NCBI GenBank assembly: GCA_016906335.1
Contig: JADEYG010000001.1
Span: 806,001 to 870,000 of the forward strand
DNA length: 64,000 bases
Direction: 5' to 3'
From: Novakomyces olei
Taxonomy: Eukaryota
This document shows, one piece after another, positions 36,201-47,465 of the stretch (within the stretch, counting starts at the first letter, position 1; each line of letters opens with the position of its first letter). The position numbers and the translations under genes are program-made. The notes beneath the pieces were generated by a model. That model saw only the letters and a list, made by a program, of their open reading frames with translations. It did no database searches and was not told the DNA's origin.

Positions 36201-36560
36201 GCGTTTAAAACATTTGTGAATAATTTTGGAATTGTCTGAGTTTTATTATAATTTCTGTATATATTTTATTTACCTTTTTTCTATACAGAAAAATGTACGT
36301 CTGGTTTACGCTTTTACGGCGTATGATTGATTGCTTATAATGAAAATCGGGTTCCACTGCGGAAATGCTTTGATTTTATTAGGAAGAATGTGAGCTGTAA
36401 TTTTGATTGCATAAAGAATATTAAAACCTACGATAGTAATAATACGAATAATACGAATAATACGAATAACACTTCGTATATTATTGATAATTAATTAATT
36501 ACGAGTATAATATATATAAATAAATAAATAAAATAAAAAAGGACGAGCAAAAAATTCAAC

Positions 36561-38057
36561 ATGGTCAACGCGACAGAGGCTCAGGGTATGAAACATAACT
36601 TTGGCACTGTAAACTAACGTCAGACGGCGGAATCACTTCGCCACCGGCGGACGGCGAGACGCTGGCGCAGCAGTATGACTTGACTACGCGTATAATGCCG
36701 TATCTAGATCTCCACTTGTCGTTCCCCCTGCTCGAGTTCCTTTCAATCAAGGAGACCTACCCCGCCGACCAGCTGCTCCAGGCAAAGTATGACTTGGTAG
36801 CGCAAACAAGCATGACAGATTACACGAGCAACTTGTGGCAAGAATTGCACCCGGAAGCCAGCAGCGACGAGCTACCAACCGAGTTTGCTGCGAAGCGAGA
36901 AGCTGTACTCAAAAAGCTCTCGGATCTGGAAGCACAGAGCGTCAAGGTTACTCAATTACTGGAAAACCCTGACATCGTATCGTCCCTGCGTCAGGACAAG
37001 GCACAGAATGTGCAGTTTCTCAAGGAACACTTTGGCCTCACCGACGAAATGACAAATGTAATGTATGAATTTGGACGGGCCCAGTATGACTGTGGAAACT
37101 ACCCTGGTGCCGCTGATCTTCTCTATCATTTCCGCGCTCTTTCACTGGATGCTGAGAAAAACACGTCTGCAACATGGGGCAAATTTGCTGCAGAGATTCT
37201 CTCGACCGCGTGGGAGGATGCTTTGGAAGAGATGAACAAGTTGCGGGATCAAATTGATTCTAGAGTAAGTTTAAAGACACTATTAATTTTGTGGTTTTGC
37301 TTTTTGCCGAAATGCATTCTAATTCCAGACTTTCTCGGACGCTGTTTTACAATTGCAGCACCGGACATGGCTCATTCACTGGGCTCTGTTCCCCTTTTTC
37401 AATCATGAAAACGGACGTGAAGCCTTGTGCGACATGTTTTTTGCTCCGTCATACATTAATACTATCCAAACAGCTTGCCCGTGGATACTGCGGTACCTGG
37501 CAGTGGCTGTGATTACTACGCGGTCCGGTATTCGTACTGCAGATGGTATCAGCTCTGCTGCTTACCAGCGTCGCATCAAAGATCTAGTCCGTGTCATTAG
37601 CCAAGAGGCCTACGAGTACAATGACCCGGTAACGCGTTTTGTTAGTGCTCTATACACAGATTTTGATTTTGAAGAGGCACAGAAGCAGCTGGCTCAGGCT
37701 GAGCAAGTACTTAAAGCAGACTTTTTCCTCGTTTCAACGGCAGATGAATTTGTAGAGTGTGCAAAGCAGCTGATGGCGGAAGCTTATTGCCGAATTCATC
37801 AGCGCATCGATATCAACGAGCTGGCAAAACGCCTGGATTTCACACCCGACCAAGTTATTAATTTGATTCACGATGATGTGGTCGATCTGAACGCTAAAAT
37901 TGATGTGCAGGAGGGCACGATTATCCTTAACCGGCCAGCTCAATCTGTCTACCAGCAAGTCATTGAAAAGACAAAGGGTATGACATTGAGCAGCCAGGTG
38001 TTGGCACAGACGATCAACCGGACAAAATTGGGTGCACAGGCCGATTCCCAAATGTAG
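36561..38057 (+). CDS. int6: Translation initiation factor eIF3 subunit e, 3 exons (36561-36585, 36624-37264, 37329-38057)
   Basis: [66 protein letters not shown] domain. Confidence 0.96.
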
Positions 38058-38589
38058 ACTTTTGACAATATAGGACAAGAGGTTTACGGAGTGGTAATTA
38101 AATGCTAATTCTGACTAGACGTGCGTCGGCACTTGTAAATAGTCGAGTAGGCCATAGGAAACTGTGCACCTGTCCTGTTTTAATTAATAACTGTCAGTGG
38201 CTCGTAGTGAGATTGCCGTTGGAAACAAGCTGAGAAATTGAAAATTAGAAACGCAAACGCAGTATCAATCCAAACCAAAGGTTACGCGTACCGAGACGGT
38301 GGAATCGTTCGAGATTACTACATTCAATTGGCTACCATTGAACAGCAATTAGCGGACAAACTCTATATCGAGTTACAATTCAATGGCAAACGCACTGTAG
38401 CCAGTGAGCAAAGATCCAAAGTTGGGGAGATACAAGAGCGGCAACCCCCCCCCCCCTCCCATTGCCAGCCCAGCCCAGCAATTAGGACCGCATACTGTAA
38501 TAATGTACTAGATTGACTGCTTGAGTCTATGAAACAAAATTTACAAGGCTGTTATACACGCCCGCAAGCGAACCCACAACTCCCATCGA

Positions 38590-39408
38590 CTAATGACCAT
38601 CCGCCTGGTCTTTGTGCTTACAATCTACATCGTAGACCAAACAGCGGCACAGCTCTTCATCCTCACACCACACGTGTGGCCGGCCAAAGATAATATGCCA
38701 AGCATACTCCAGCACTCGGCCCGAGGTAGCCGAGTTGAGTTCCGAGTCCATGAGCCACTGACGAACCCCCCTGTAGAATCGAAGGGGCAGTCGATGTACT
38801 TTGTCAGCGTGCACGGCAAACTGAGAACAGCAATTAGTACCGACAACGTCGGGTACGGGCCCAAGGTAGGACTGGAAAGCGTTTTTCCACGCTGAGCGGT
38901 AAGCAGCCTCTGTCTCCCGAGGACTCGTAATCCGGCTCGTGACAATCTCAACCGGGCAGCCGACTTGTGTAGAGCAGCGCAGACTAAAGTACCCGAACCG
39001 TTCCACGTTTGTCCAATTCAAATGGCTCAATGCCTCCAGCATATCTCCATCAAAGGCATCATTGTGCCACGCGCTCTGGTGTGAGTGGATAAAGGCAGTT
39101 GTGCGTGGAAGCGTATAGTAATGGTCGATAATGTATGTGAGGTACACCATTGCCTCATTGCCCCGGTTCAGCGGGACTCGGTTGCGAGCAAAAGGGTCGT
39201 CTGTAACGTAGAGCGTATACGGCACAGGCAGCTGGTCGAGCCACTCGGTCTCTTCGCCGGCAGTGCTGGCAACGACCACCATTTTATTGTGACTCGGGGA
39301 CCACCGAACATGGCGGTACGCCTGTGTGCCATCCGCCCAAACGAATATAAGAATTCCTGCCGTCGACAGCAGCACTAAGGCCGCAAGCGCCGACCGTAGA
39401 AACTTCAT
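38590..39408 (-). CDS. DUF3431-family type II membrane protein
   Basis: N-terminal TM helix; NRGNEAMVYLTYIIDHY, FIHSHQSAWHND, CCSQFAV, GRVLEYAWHIIFG. Confidence 0.85.
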   Translation of the reverse strand: MKFLRSALAALVLLSTAGILIFVWADGTQAYRHVRWSPSHNKMVVVASTAGEETEWLDQLPVPYTLYVTDDPFARNRVPLNRGNEAMVYLTYIIDHYYTLPRTTAFIHSHQSAWHNDAFDGDMLEALSHLNWTNVERFGYFSLRCSTQVGCPVEIVTSRITSPRETEAAYRSAWKNAFQSYLGPVPDVVGTNCCSQFAVHADKVHRLPLRFYRGVRQWLMDSELNSATSGRVLEYAWHIIFGRPHVWCEDEELCRCLVYDVDCKHKDQADGH

Positions 39409-40109
39409 TGCAGACTGGCGACGTTCCTACTTTTCTGCCGTAATTTTAACAATTTATGGGGATTTGCCGTCTTTGCCCGATACGGCTGAGTTTACCTTAT
39501 TAGCCGATATAGTACTGCTCCTTACATCGCTTGTAATCTGTGGCTTGTATACTCTGGGCCATATTTTATTATATTTTGTGTATTGCCATATATTATCATT
39601 ATCATATATTGTTATATACTATCATATATTATCATATATATTGTCATATATTAATATATATTGTCATATATTGTCATATATTTTCATTAGAGGCAGTACA
39701 AAATTGCCACTCGTGCGCTTGACCGGGTATACGATTGGGCGGCTAAAACACCTTTCACCGATACAACCAATATGGCTGCGAGTTTAGGAAGCGTTAATTC
39801 TGCATAGAGCAATGGCCATATGTACAATAAAGTCCTATAACAATCCTTGTAAATGTGGGGTCTAGACACTTGGGTGAAACGTATCGAATGGGTATGCAGG
39901 CTAAGAATCGTCTGAATCGAATGAATTACTGAAAAGTTGAACAAAAGTGAGACACAGCATGTAACACTGCCAGCATTTTAGTATACAAAATGATCAATTT
40001 GGTGTTTTATGAATTTTGTGCTGAATGGTATAATTGCCCCAACGACGTAACGCTTATACGTGATGTTTGTGTAATACGTGTATTTTACACATAGGATGGA
40101 TACGTATGC

Positions 40110-40310
40110 AAGTATGAACCTGGTTACAAAGTATGAACCTGGTTACAAAGTATAAACCTTTATAAAGTATAATATACAGTATAAATTACAGTATAACCCT
40201 TTATACTGTTCAAACCTTTGTACAGTATAAACCTACTTTGAAAATTTGAGTCCTTTGTACAGCACAAACCTTTGAGTGTATAAACCCTTATACAAATAAA
40301 CCCTATAAGC
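40110..40310 (+). repeat. 20-bp tandem repeat CAAAGTATGAACCTGGTTAC decaying into degenerate AGTATAAACC units
   Basis: Two near-perfect copies at ~40110-40150 followed by diverged copies. Confidence 0.75.
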
Positions 40311-40618
40311 ATAACTGTTTATGTATGATTCGTACGCTTGTTATCATACAGTAGTCACTGTAAGCCACGCCGGCTCGATTTCCGCTGCTTCAGAGTCTAC
40401 GCGCTCAGCAGGGCTATACTAAATATACAATTTCACTGGGCAATAAAGCTGATTGCCTCTTTTCTGCAGGGCTACTAGCACTAGCAGGCTGCTCGGAGGT
40501 ACGTGCCTCCCCCATTTTTGCCACTCGCCTCTCTGTATTCCTTCACGACAGAGAATACAGCTCTCGAGCGTTTGGGCCAGCATTTGGCCCGCAAATACTC
40601 ACAGCAGGCAGCTGTGAC

Positions 40619-42412
40619 ATGTCCGTGGCAGGCAACGGCGACGCCGATCCCGTCGATGACGGGATCGGGCGTCTTTCCGTTCAGGACGACGGTGCAGGGA
40701 GTTTGGCAGTGCCATCCTCGTCTCCCGGCTCAGAGACGAGCAGTGCCGTTGGAGGCACAGCTGTGGCTCGCAGGCTCTCGAGGTCGGCACCTCCGTCTCC
40801 GCCTCCGCAGATTGAGGCCGTAGACGGTATAGAGAGTGCCGGGCACGAGGAGAAGGAGGAGTCTAAACTTAAACTCGTCCTGTCTGTGCTTAAACGGTTT
40901 ATAGGCGTGAAGGATATGGCGAGTGCCCGTATGTCTCTGCCCTCACAGCTACTTGAGCCAGTGGGCAATTTGGAGTATTGGAACTACAACGATCGGCCCG
41001 ATTACTTTGTCACCATGTCTGATCCAGAGGAGCCGATCGATCGAATGCTCGCTGTTTTGCGGTGGTGGTTCACCAAGGATCTGAAGCACGTAAAGGGCAA
41101 ACTGGTTAAGCCCTACAACTCGATCCTCGGCGAGTTCTTCCGCTGCCGCTGGCAGGTACGAGAGCCGTGTGTGCGGCCAGACGGTACGATTGACCCAAGC
41201 AGTGCTGAGCTCATGTACCTCACCAACGATCCTCCAGTCTCTGGATCCTCGTCACAGCTCTCTGTCTCTTCTGAATTGCCTTCTACCGGAGGAGGAGGAG
41301 GAGGAGCGCCTACTAATCCTGCGGGTAGACGGCGTGCTATCTTTAGCCGTGCTGGCTCGGCAAAATCAGCGACAAACAATACCACCAGCGCTAATGCTAA
41401 TAATACCCCTTCTTCCACGTCTAGTGCTTCAAATAGCAATCGGCAGGCCCCACTAGAACCTCATCGTGGACTGCTTGTGCCAAAATCGAGAGCAGAAAAT
41501 TCATCAGAAAAGTCTGCAGAAAAGTCTGCAGACAAAGCGGCAAACAGTGTTATTCCGGTGGCCTTTCTCTGTGAACAAACGTCACATCACCCGGCTGTGT
41601 CGGCGTACATTTACTACTGCCCTGCAAAAGGAATCCGTGTACGTGGAATGGACCAAATAGTGGCAAAGTTCACGGGCACGAGTATCCGTGTTGGAGCAGG
41701 AGAGCAAAACAAAGGAATCTTTGTGGAATTGCTCAATCACGGGGAAGAGTACGCTTGCTCTCACCCATTGGCCAGTGTAGGCGGGTTTCTACGCGGCCAT
41801 TTGTCGCTGTCTGTCCACGATTTCACGTACATTACTTGTCCACAGTCCCGTCTCAAAGCAATCATGTACTTTCCGGAAGAACGATGGCTCGGAAAGCCGA
41901 GGTACGCTGTTCAGGGTGTCATATTTGAGTACGATCCGGAGGATGATACGGTGTGGGATTTACGTAAAGTCCCAGAGGACAAGGTGCGGATACGAATTGA
42001 GGGCGGCTGGCGAGATCGGCTCTATTTCCGTCGGGTCAACCATTCAACTTCACAAAAGACCGGGAATCCTCTGTGCACAGAGCAGCAGGTGCTGCTGGAT
42101 CTGAATGAGCTTTCCCTTGTGGACAAGGAAGTGCCGCCACCAGAAGCACAGGACAAGTTAGAGTCACGTCGTGTGTGGGACCCCGTCACTCAAGCGATAA
42201 AGAGCAAGCAGTTTAGTAAGGCAACCAGGGAGAAGGTGGCAATTGAGGACAAGCAGCGGGCTCAGGCGCACAAGAGAGCAGAGGAGAATGAGTCTTGGGT
42301 ATCACGGTTCTTTGTTCCCAATGTAGAGTCTGGCAGGCCTGATCTCACGGACGAGGGCAAGTACGCCCTTGAGCATTTGCTGCAGGGCGACTTTACGCTT
42401 CCCAGCGAGTAA
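40619..42412 (+). CDS. Oxysterol-binding protein family lipid-transfer protein (short ORD-only type)
   Basis: KRFIGVKDMASARMSLPSQLLEP, KPYNSILGEFF, the fingerprint EQTSHHP, ESRRVW and KVAIEDKQR. Confidence 0.93.
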   Translation: MSVAGNGDADPVDDGIGRLSVQDDGAGSLAVPSSSPGSETSSAVGGTAVARRLSRSAPPSPPPQIEAVDGIESAGHEEKEESKLKLVLSVLKRFIGVKDMASARMSLPSQLLEPVGNLEYWNYNDRPDYFVTMSDPEEPIDRMLAVLRWWFTKDLKHVKGKLVKPYNSILGEFFRCRWQVREPCVRPDGTIDPSSAELMYLTNDPPVSGSSSQLSVSSELPSTGGGGGGAPTNPAGRRRAIFSRAGSAKSATNNTTSANANNTPSSTSSASNSNRQAPLEPHRGLLVPKSRAENSSEKSAEKSADKAANSVIPVAFLCEQTSHHPAVSAYIYYCPAKGIRVRGMDQIVAKFTGTSIRVGAGEQNKGIFVELLNHGEEYACSHPLASVGGFLRGHLSLSVHDFTYITCPQSRLKAIMYFPEERWLGKPRYAVQGVIFEYDPEDDTVWDLRKVPEDKVRIRIEGGWRDRLYFRRVNHSTSQKTGNPLCTEQQVLLDLNELSLVDKEVPPPEAQDKLESRRVWDPVTQAIKSKQFSKATREKVAIEDKQRAQAHKRAEENESWVSRFFVPNVESGRPDLTDEGKYALEHLLQGDFTLPSE

Positions 42413-42897
42413 GCCATTGATGGCTCGGCTAATATCTGCTTGAATCATTCTTGTACCTAAATCCTTGTTTAAACATTTACCCGCTTATCACTATTCTATT
42501 GTTTTGAATTTTTAACGTCGTTTGCATATGCAATAGAGAATCAAAACTCGGTCGAACCACAAACTCGGAATTGCTTTGTGGTCGTTTGAGCGCGGCACAG
42601 TTACGCAGAGTACAGTATTATGATTATATATAACTTTTCATGCACCCTTTGATTGGCCAATTTTGTTCCGGGGCTAAGGCGCGCCTATACCCGTCTAGGC
42701 TGAGCGTCAATTTTTTTTCCTGGTTTTTAGAATGTGCATTGAATGTATGGAATCTGCAACGGGTTCCCTTCTCATTTGCAATTATTTATAAATTAATTAC
42801 ACCATTAAATCAACTCATTAAACCTCATACATAAACAAATGCAAATGCAGCAAACGGTCCACGCTTGCTGCCGTCATTAATGCCTTGCCTTGAATAA

Positions 42898-43997
42898 CTA
42901 TGCGGGACGATGCGCCTGCTTTTGCCCCTTTCCACCAAATACAGTCCAAAGGCCGAGAGCCCCCATAACGGTAGCGAGACGGGTACGCTCGCCTCTTGAT
43001 CGCTGTCTCTCACTATGCTCACTATTCTTTTCACCAACGGGCTCTTTTGTATTGGCCACAGACTGAGCTTCAGTCTCGGCCGCCAAAGGCACAGATTTCG
43101 GCTCTGTTTGCACTGCCGCGATCTGGAGGTTTGCTTCGGGTTTAGACACTGATTTTTGTGGCGCAACCGGCGCAGCCTCTAATTGAGCCGCGTCTCTAGT
43201 CTGACGTGTAGCTGATTTGCGCGGCCCATTACTTGTGACATTGCTTGTCTTTCTCGCTGTATCCTTTGCAAAGACTATAGGCACCGGCGGCACTGGCGGC
43301 ACTGGCGGCACTGACGTTGCCGTTACTTTACCAGCTCCACGAGACCTGCCTTTGCTCTTGCGGGGTAACTCTATCCGCGAACTGCTCTGTACTTCACTAT
43401 GCTCAATGGCACCAACACGATTATCTCCAATCTTTTTCCCACCCATATCGGGCATTGACTTGGCGGGTCTAAAGAATTAGCGTCAAACGCAAAGCGTGAA
43501 TTAAGGCCAAAAAAAAACAAAAGAAAAGATAAAAAAAAAAGGGACGAAAAAAGGACAAAAAAAGGAGCTAAAATAGCGCGGATCGGCAAAGAAAAAAGAA
43601 CCAAAAACAGGTAAATTCTTTGAGAATCGTACCGAAGCCGAGACTTTGCCGGCAGTGCTTGTGGTGCTTCGCTTTGGCTCGGCTCAGTAAGGACTTTTCG
43701 TGGCCGTCCACGTTTACGTTTCTCTCGTACAGTTTCCAGGCCGCTTTGCTCCTTTACAATTCCCTGCATTGGCACAACTGTGGGCATAAGCCCCGGCGGT
43801 AACTGTGTGGGAACATGAGACGCTGAGTGCACTTGTAATTGTGTGAGATCTCTCTGTTGCTGCTGCTGCTTTTGCTGCCTAAACGGCGATTTTGGAGGCA
43901 CTTTTTGCGGCAGTCCTGGCGAGGGTGTTTGATGAAAGGCCGCTTGTTGCGTACGTAAAGCACGCAGACAAGGTGCACTGCGAGTCGATCGAAGCAT
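42898..43997 (-). CDS. Orphan protein with a mitochondrial-type presequence, an AT-hook and a C-terminal hydrophobic segment, 2 exons (43997-43633, 43468-42898)
   Basis: A GTACGA donor, a T-rich intron, a CTAAT branch and a TAG acceptor join ORFs 43371..44090 and 42898..43455 in frame. Starts MLRSTRSAPCLRALRTQQAAFHQT; contains KRKRGRPRK. Confidence 0.72.
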
Positions 43998-44278
43998 TGC
44001 GATTTTAATCAGTCTTTCCTTCTCGAGTAAATCGGACTCGGATTTGTTTATCGTATTGTTTACATTGTTTGCATTGTTTACATCCCCCACAATACGAAAA
44101 CCCTAAGGATTTGGTTGATGGCAACGCGCGATTACTTGAATCGAGCGGTAAGTAAGGATATGGCTATGAAGAATTTGTACAGAGTAGCAATATTTTGCTT
44201 TTAGTGAAAACTACATACAGTACATATGATACTATAAAAATCGTTCGAGATAGAATCGTACAATCTCATTGAAAAATT

Positions 44279-44280
44279 GA

Positions 44281-44327
<47 letters not shown>

Positions 44328-44386
44328 AAATAAAAAATAACAAATAAAAAAAATAAAAAAAAAATAAAAAAAATAAAAAAATAAAT
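44279..44386 (+). repeat. (AAAT)n microsatellite grading into A-rich low-complexity sequence
   Basis: Read directly. Confidence 0.9.
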
Positions 44387-44577
44387 TATGTGGGATCGAC
44401 CTGTCGAATCTTCACCAAAACTTGCTCTGGCAAGTTTATTTCTAATGCTTGTACGCCAATTTAAAACATGTACGTGTAAAAGATCAAGGTTTATTCATAA
44501 AAATATATATAGGAATGTAGACAGACCATCTTTCTAGACAATGCAGTGGCCACAAAAAGTCACTCCAAATAAAATAT

Positions 44578-45935
44578 TTAACGTCCGTTTTGTGGCGGCC
44601 GTTGCTGCGGCAACGGAGGTCGTATAGGCGCCATTTGGGAACGGTATTGGGCTCCATAATCGGAATACGTCGCCGGTATCGGCATTCCGGAAGAAGGAGT
44701 ATAATGACCAATACCGGACGACGTTCTAGCATCCGCCATCCGCTGCGGTCGAGCCCCGTAAGAATAAACATAAGGCGCTGGAGGAGCATAATACTGCGGA
44801 TACCAGTATAACGGCTGCTGAGCATATTGGAGCTGCTGTAATTGCTGCTGCTGAAGTAGCTGCTGCACTGGCGGTGAAGGCACAAGCCTTGGTGTCGAAG
44901 CTGAAGGTACTCGAGTTTCTGAAGACGTCCGTGATACGGTTATATCCGGTCGGAATTGTCGAATAGGCGATTTTGGTTCTTTATGTTGTTAACAAATAAT
45001 AAATACTTAAAAAGAATACCTGCTTTGCCCACTATAGGTGCCTCCTCAAGAGAAGATTCCTCGAAATCTTTAAAAATTCTTGCTCTTGCTTCTGCATACG
45101 CAGCCTCACGCTTTTCCCTCAGATTTACCGAATCGCTATCGCCATCTATGACGGATTTCATAGGTGTCGATGCTCTTGATTCCGGAGCAGACTGTGTCGT
45201 CCTATTTTGCTGCAGATTCTGATTTTGTCTCCGCATTATTTTGAACTTTGGTGTTGAAGCTCCATCGGGGGAGCTTCTGCTCTCATGCTCGGAATAAAAT
45301 GAACGCAGCTGTCTTAGTGGTGCAGCTGACTCACTAGTTCTTATAATGGTTATGTTTCCACGGAAACTGTCGGGTGACCGTACAAGCCCATAAGTGTCTG
45401 CAAGTTTATGTGCCAGCAATCGTTGATAAGAGTTCATATGGCCCAAATGTAATTGCGTTTGTCTGCGCGACAAATTAGCAAAGCAAAAAGACAAGACAAG
45501 ATGGAAAGATCATAAACAAAGACCACCAGATAAATGAACGCAACCGAGCAAGGAGTCGATACAAGTGGATCGCACAAACATTACAAAGGGCCAAATAGCC
45601 ACCGATCGGTTTAGACAATATAGAGGATATAGCAAATTGTGAAAACCACGGTCCTTAAAGACAAATAGGCAAAATCAAATAATTGTAGACATAAATGCAT
45701 CGGACAAGATAACAGTAGACACAAACTGTTTTGAAACCGTATTCCATCGTGTTCATCGTTATGAGGAAAAAAGTAAATCATCGATCAAAATGATTAGATG
45801 TGAGACTTACTCCTTGTTGGCCATAAACCCGTTCAGATCCATTTCTAACCGTAACAAGAATATCCGGTCTTTTGGATTCATAAGCGCATCTAATAGAGTT
45901 TGATCAAGCAAATGCTCCGCTGCGTTTTCCTCCAT
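44578..45935 (-). CDS. R3H and SUZ domain RNA-binding protein, 3 exons (45935-45811, 45462-45020, 44978-44578)
   Basis: LLDALMNPKDRIFLLRLE, R3H motif MNSYQRLLAHKLADTYGL, SUZ motifs KFKIMRR and REKREAAYAEARARIF, and a Q/P/Y-rich tail. Both introns keep the frame. Confidence 0.88.
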
Positions 45936-46557
45936 ATTGCAAGCAAAACAGAATTATAGTCAATGCAAGGTTAAAGCTAAGCTAGAGAAGCTTAAAGTTG
46001 GTTTCGGCGTCCCTCTTGTCAAGGGTCAGTCTTGTTCACACTTTCTGCACGCACTGCTGCTCGAACCGACTCCCACTAACACACGCACATCATCTGACTT
46101 TGCCACAATAAGCACACCGGCACAGACGACACTGTTCCAGCTCTATAAAGTGCTCCAATTGCCTTCACCAACGTCGTACCTCCACTTTGCTGTACTCTAA
46201 TCTTTTGTTTGATATACTTTTGATTGCTGCCTCTTTATATATACAACAATAGTATACGAGAAAAATATAGGAAGGACAAATATTACTGTAGTTCAAGTAT
46301 ATTGCACTTTTCTATATAAACAGCGGTAGTGATAAACGCATGGATTTTGAATAGATAGATTTTTGAATAGATTTATTTGCCAATTATTATAATTTTTAAT
46401 TCGACGTCCTGTTGTAAGCTACTGAGTGATGGATGCTTCCTCTCCACCACAAACGAGCATGGAACCGTAATCTACATGATTTAATTTTGCTGTGCTTATC
46501 AAACAGCAGATTTCCAGAATATATATTTTATGTACAAGCTGGCTCTAATCATAAACC

Positions 46558-47113
46558 TCATACTCTTTCCTCTAGTTGAGCCTGCCTCTCCATTTCACGA
46601 ACAGACTCTGCCAAATTCTGTGGTGCAACAGACTTGTTGGAACGAATTTTTTCTCTTATAAACCGCGCTTTTACCTGGTCAGTACGGCCTTGTAGCAATG
46701 CAAGTTTTTGATCTAGCTGCCGTCTCAAGTCCCAGTTGGGTTTTTGTTGCTCCTCGCTTTCTTCCTCGTCTTCTTTTGCCTGCAGACCAGTCTCGTCCAG
46801 CGCATCGACCTCTTCTTCTTCAAGCCGGTTACGTGCAAGCATTTCCTCCCTTCGCGCCTCCTCCTCAAAAGATTTTGCCCGTGATTCTACCGTATCTTCC
46901 TGCTTTGGCGGCTCACTGAAACCCATTCGAGGGCCTTGTGTTTCAGGATCATAATTGCGGTAGACCATTACCCCATTTCTAAAATTAGAAAAAATCCAAC
47001 AGCAAATAAAAAAGGCGATACTTTTCATGTTCGGGCGCAAGCTCACGCTCACGGCGCCGCCGCATTTCCTGCAGGCGCTCTCGGCGTTGAGCCGCATCTA
47101 AATTTAGTGACAT
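46558..47113 (-). CDS. cwf18: Spliceosome-associated Cwf18/CCDC12 protein, 2 exons (47113-47022, 46978-46558)
   Basis: Spliced N-terminus MSLNLDAAQRRERLQEMRRRRE, then YRNYDPET..P..GF and KPNWDLRRQL...L..RT. The intron is 43 nt. Confidence 0.88.
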
Positions 47114-47212
47114 TTGCCCTGCTCAATTATTCTTTGGAGACAAATATATGACTTTATGCCTCGATATGTAATTATATTATGGCATATACAATATGCAAAA
47201 TAATAGTTAATA

Positions 47213-47214
<2 letters not shown>

Positions 47215-47295
<81 letters not shown>
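47215..47295 (+). repeat. (TAA)~27 microsatellite
   Basis: Read directly. Confidence 0.95.
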
Positions 47296-47297
<2 letters not shown>

Positions 47298-47465
47298 GCC
47301 TTTACATTTCAGAGTTTAAGCTCTGCTTTAAGTCAGACCAGGGCAATGGATATAAACATTTTTATTACTAAAGAACGAATCTCGTATCATTACTCATACA
47401 ATAGTCTACAATCTCTGGCAATTCTAATATTGCTCCTCTGTAAACACTCATCTCGGTCGTCGCAA

